Assembly: GCA_900314295.1 (NCBI GenBank)
Contig: OMUU01000107.1
Location: 5,201-69,200 of the forward strand
Origin: an uncultured Lachnospiraceae bacterium
GTDB lineage: Bacteria; Bacillota; Clostridia; Lachnospirales; Lachnospiraceae
Reading direction: 5' to 3'
Length of the DNA: 64,000 nucleotides
Shown here: piece after piece, positions 63,278 through 64,000 of the stretch
Numbering within the stretch: the first letter of the stretch is position 1
Layout of the letters: each line of letters begins with the position of its first letter
Position numbers and translations under genes: made by a program
Notes under the pieces: generated by a model
Told to the model about the DNA's origin: nothing
Seen by the model: only the letters and a program-made list of their open reading frames with translations
Databases searched by the model: none

Positions 63278-64000
63278 GTGCGAGAAATTGAGAATAAGAA
63301 AGAAACAGGGATTAACGGAAGAAGTTCCTATGGTGAACTGATTAAAAACATCGGAGAAGTATTGGATTCCGGACGGAAACAGGCATCAGTTGCCATCAAT
63401 CAGGCGATCGTCAAAACTTACTGGGAAATCGGTAAGTACATTATCGAATATGAACAAGCTGGCAACGAAAAGGCAGAGTATGGCTCGGAAACATTAAAAA
63501 GATTGTCGAGGGATCTTACAGACAGATATGGAAATGGATTCAGCTGGAGCAATGTATACCGGATGCGGCAGTTATATTCTGCATATCCAATATTTGCGAC
63601 ACTGTCACAAAAATTAAGCTGGAGCCATTTTGTGGAACTTTTGAAAATAGAGGATCCCTTAGAACGATCATTCTACATGAAGGAATGTGAACAGGAGAAC
63701 TGGGGTGTCAGAGAACTGCGGCGGCAGATGAAAAGCATGTTGTTCCAGCGGCTTGCCCTCAGCAAAGACAAAAATGCAGTACTGGGTCTTGCAAAAGAAG
63801 GACAAGTGATCGAAACGGCAGAAAGCATACTGAAAGATCCCTATATCTTTGAATTCACAGGACTCCCGGAGCTTCCGGTTTATAAAGAGGGCGATCTGGA
63901 GAATGCGCTGATCAACAATCTCAGCCAGTTCCTTCTGGAATTAGGGAAAGGATTCACCTATGTTGGCCGACAGCAGCGCATTAACATTGGCGGTAGGATA
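63278..64000 (+). CDS. DUF1016 / YhcG-like PDDEXK nuclease-family protein. Partial: the 3' end lies beyond the window.
   Basis: Not in the track because no stop lies in the window. GTG start after AGGAGG. My translation: VREIENKK...VKTYWEIGKYIIEYEQAGNEKAEYGSETLKRLSRDL...LSWSHFVELLKIEDPLERSFYMKECEQENWGVRELRRQ...DPYIFEFTGL. Confidence 0.8.
   Translation, partial: MREIENKKETGINGRSSYGELIKNIGEVLDSGRKQASVAINQAIVKTYWEIGKYIIEYEQAGNEKAEYGSETLKRLSRDLTDRYGNGFSWSNVYRMRQLYSAYPIFATLSQKLSWSHFVELLKIEDPLERSFYMKECEQENWGVRELRRQMKSMLFQRLALSKDKNAVLGLAKEGQVIETAESILKDPYIFEFTGLPELPVYKEGDLENALINNLSQFLLELGKGFTYVGRQQRINIGGRI

Noticed and set aside
1-64000. Avoidance of CTGCAG (the predicted PstI/BsuBI-type target)
   Set aside because: CTGCAG occurs repeatedly, for example near 2787, 7181, 7207, 7524 and 14745. 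That is roughly the expected frequency, so there is no depletion signal.

Overview
The window looks like a chromosomal segment of a moderately GC-rich anaerobic Firmicute, probably Clostridia/Lachnospiraceae-like. That guess rests only on gene content and protein style. I found no rRNA, tRNA, CRISPR array, transposase or integrase.

The backbone is housekeeping and transport:
- pgcA-type phosphohexomutase, a C-N hydrolase and a PfkB-type kinase
- a partial type IV pilus-like operon with pilT
- a pair of COG0523 metallochaperone-like genes
- pth-mfd-(SurA-like lipoprotein)-lgt
- an OpuC-type osmoprotectant ABC operon and metY
- a redox cluster: a 4Fe-4S protein, a C_GCAxxG_C_C protein, a Crp/Fnr regulator and hcp
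- a SWIM/SNF2 helicase

Between about 46 and 62.4 kb lies a large sugar-uptake region. It has a PucR regulator, a GPH symporter, a YesN/YesM two-component system with an extra binding-protein-like sensor, a RhaS/LsrB-type ABC transporter, rhamnose mutarotase and two divergent URO-D-family enzymes. No classical catabolic enzymes are present.

Four accessory islets look AT-richer by eye:
- An MqsR-like toxin with a Zn-ribbon/HTH/Panacea antitoxin, next to a 5'-truncated ATPase (4.4-6.7 kb).
- A DinJ/PIN pair (24.4-25.1 kb).
- A BsuBI/PstI-type restriction-modification cassette (35.3-37.8 kb). It abuts a decayed fused remnant of an SPFH + ribbon-helix-helix gene pair, and an intact copy of that pair lies 2 kb away.
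- An AraC-HTH-only gene and a DUF1016 nuclease at the right edge.

The non-coding DNA contains:
- a 97-nt element in two copies, each just upstream of a gene
- a 32-nt hairpin motif in two copies
- many 14-60 bp tandem duplications in intergenic leaders and in the 3' tails of membrane-protein genes
- an AT-rich array with a roughly 15-bp period

The best candidates for undescribed biology are the URO-D-containing sugar locus, the duplicated SPFH-RHH cassette next to the R-M island, the tripartite MqsA-Panacea antitoxin and the 97-nt portable element.

All family assignments come from reading motifs by eye. No searches were run.
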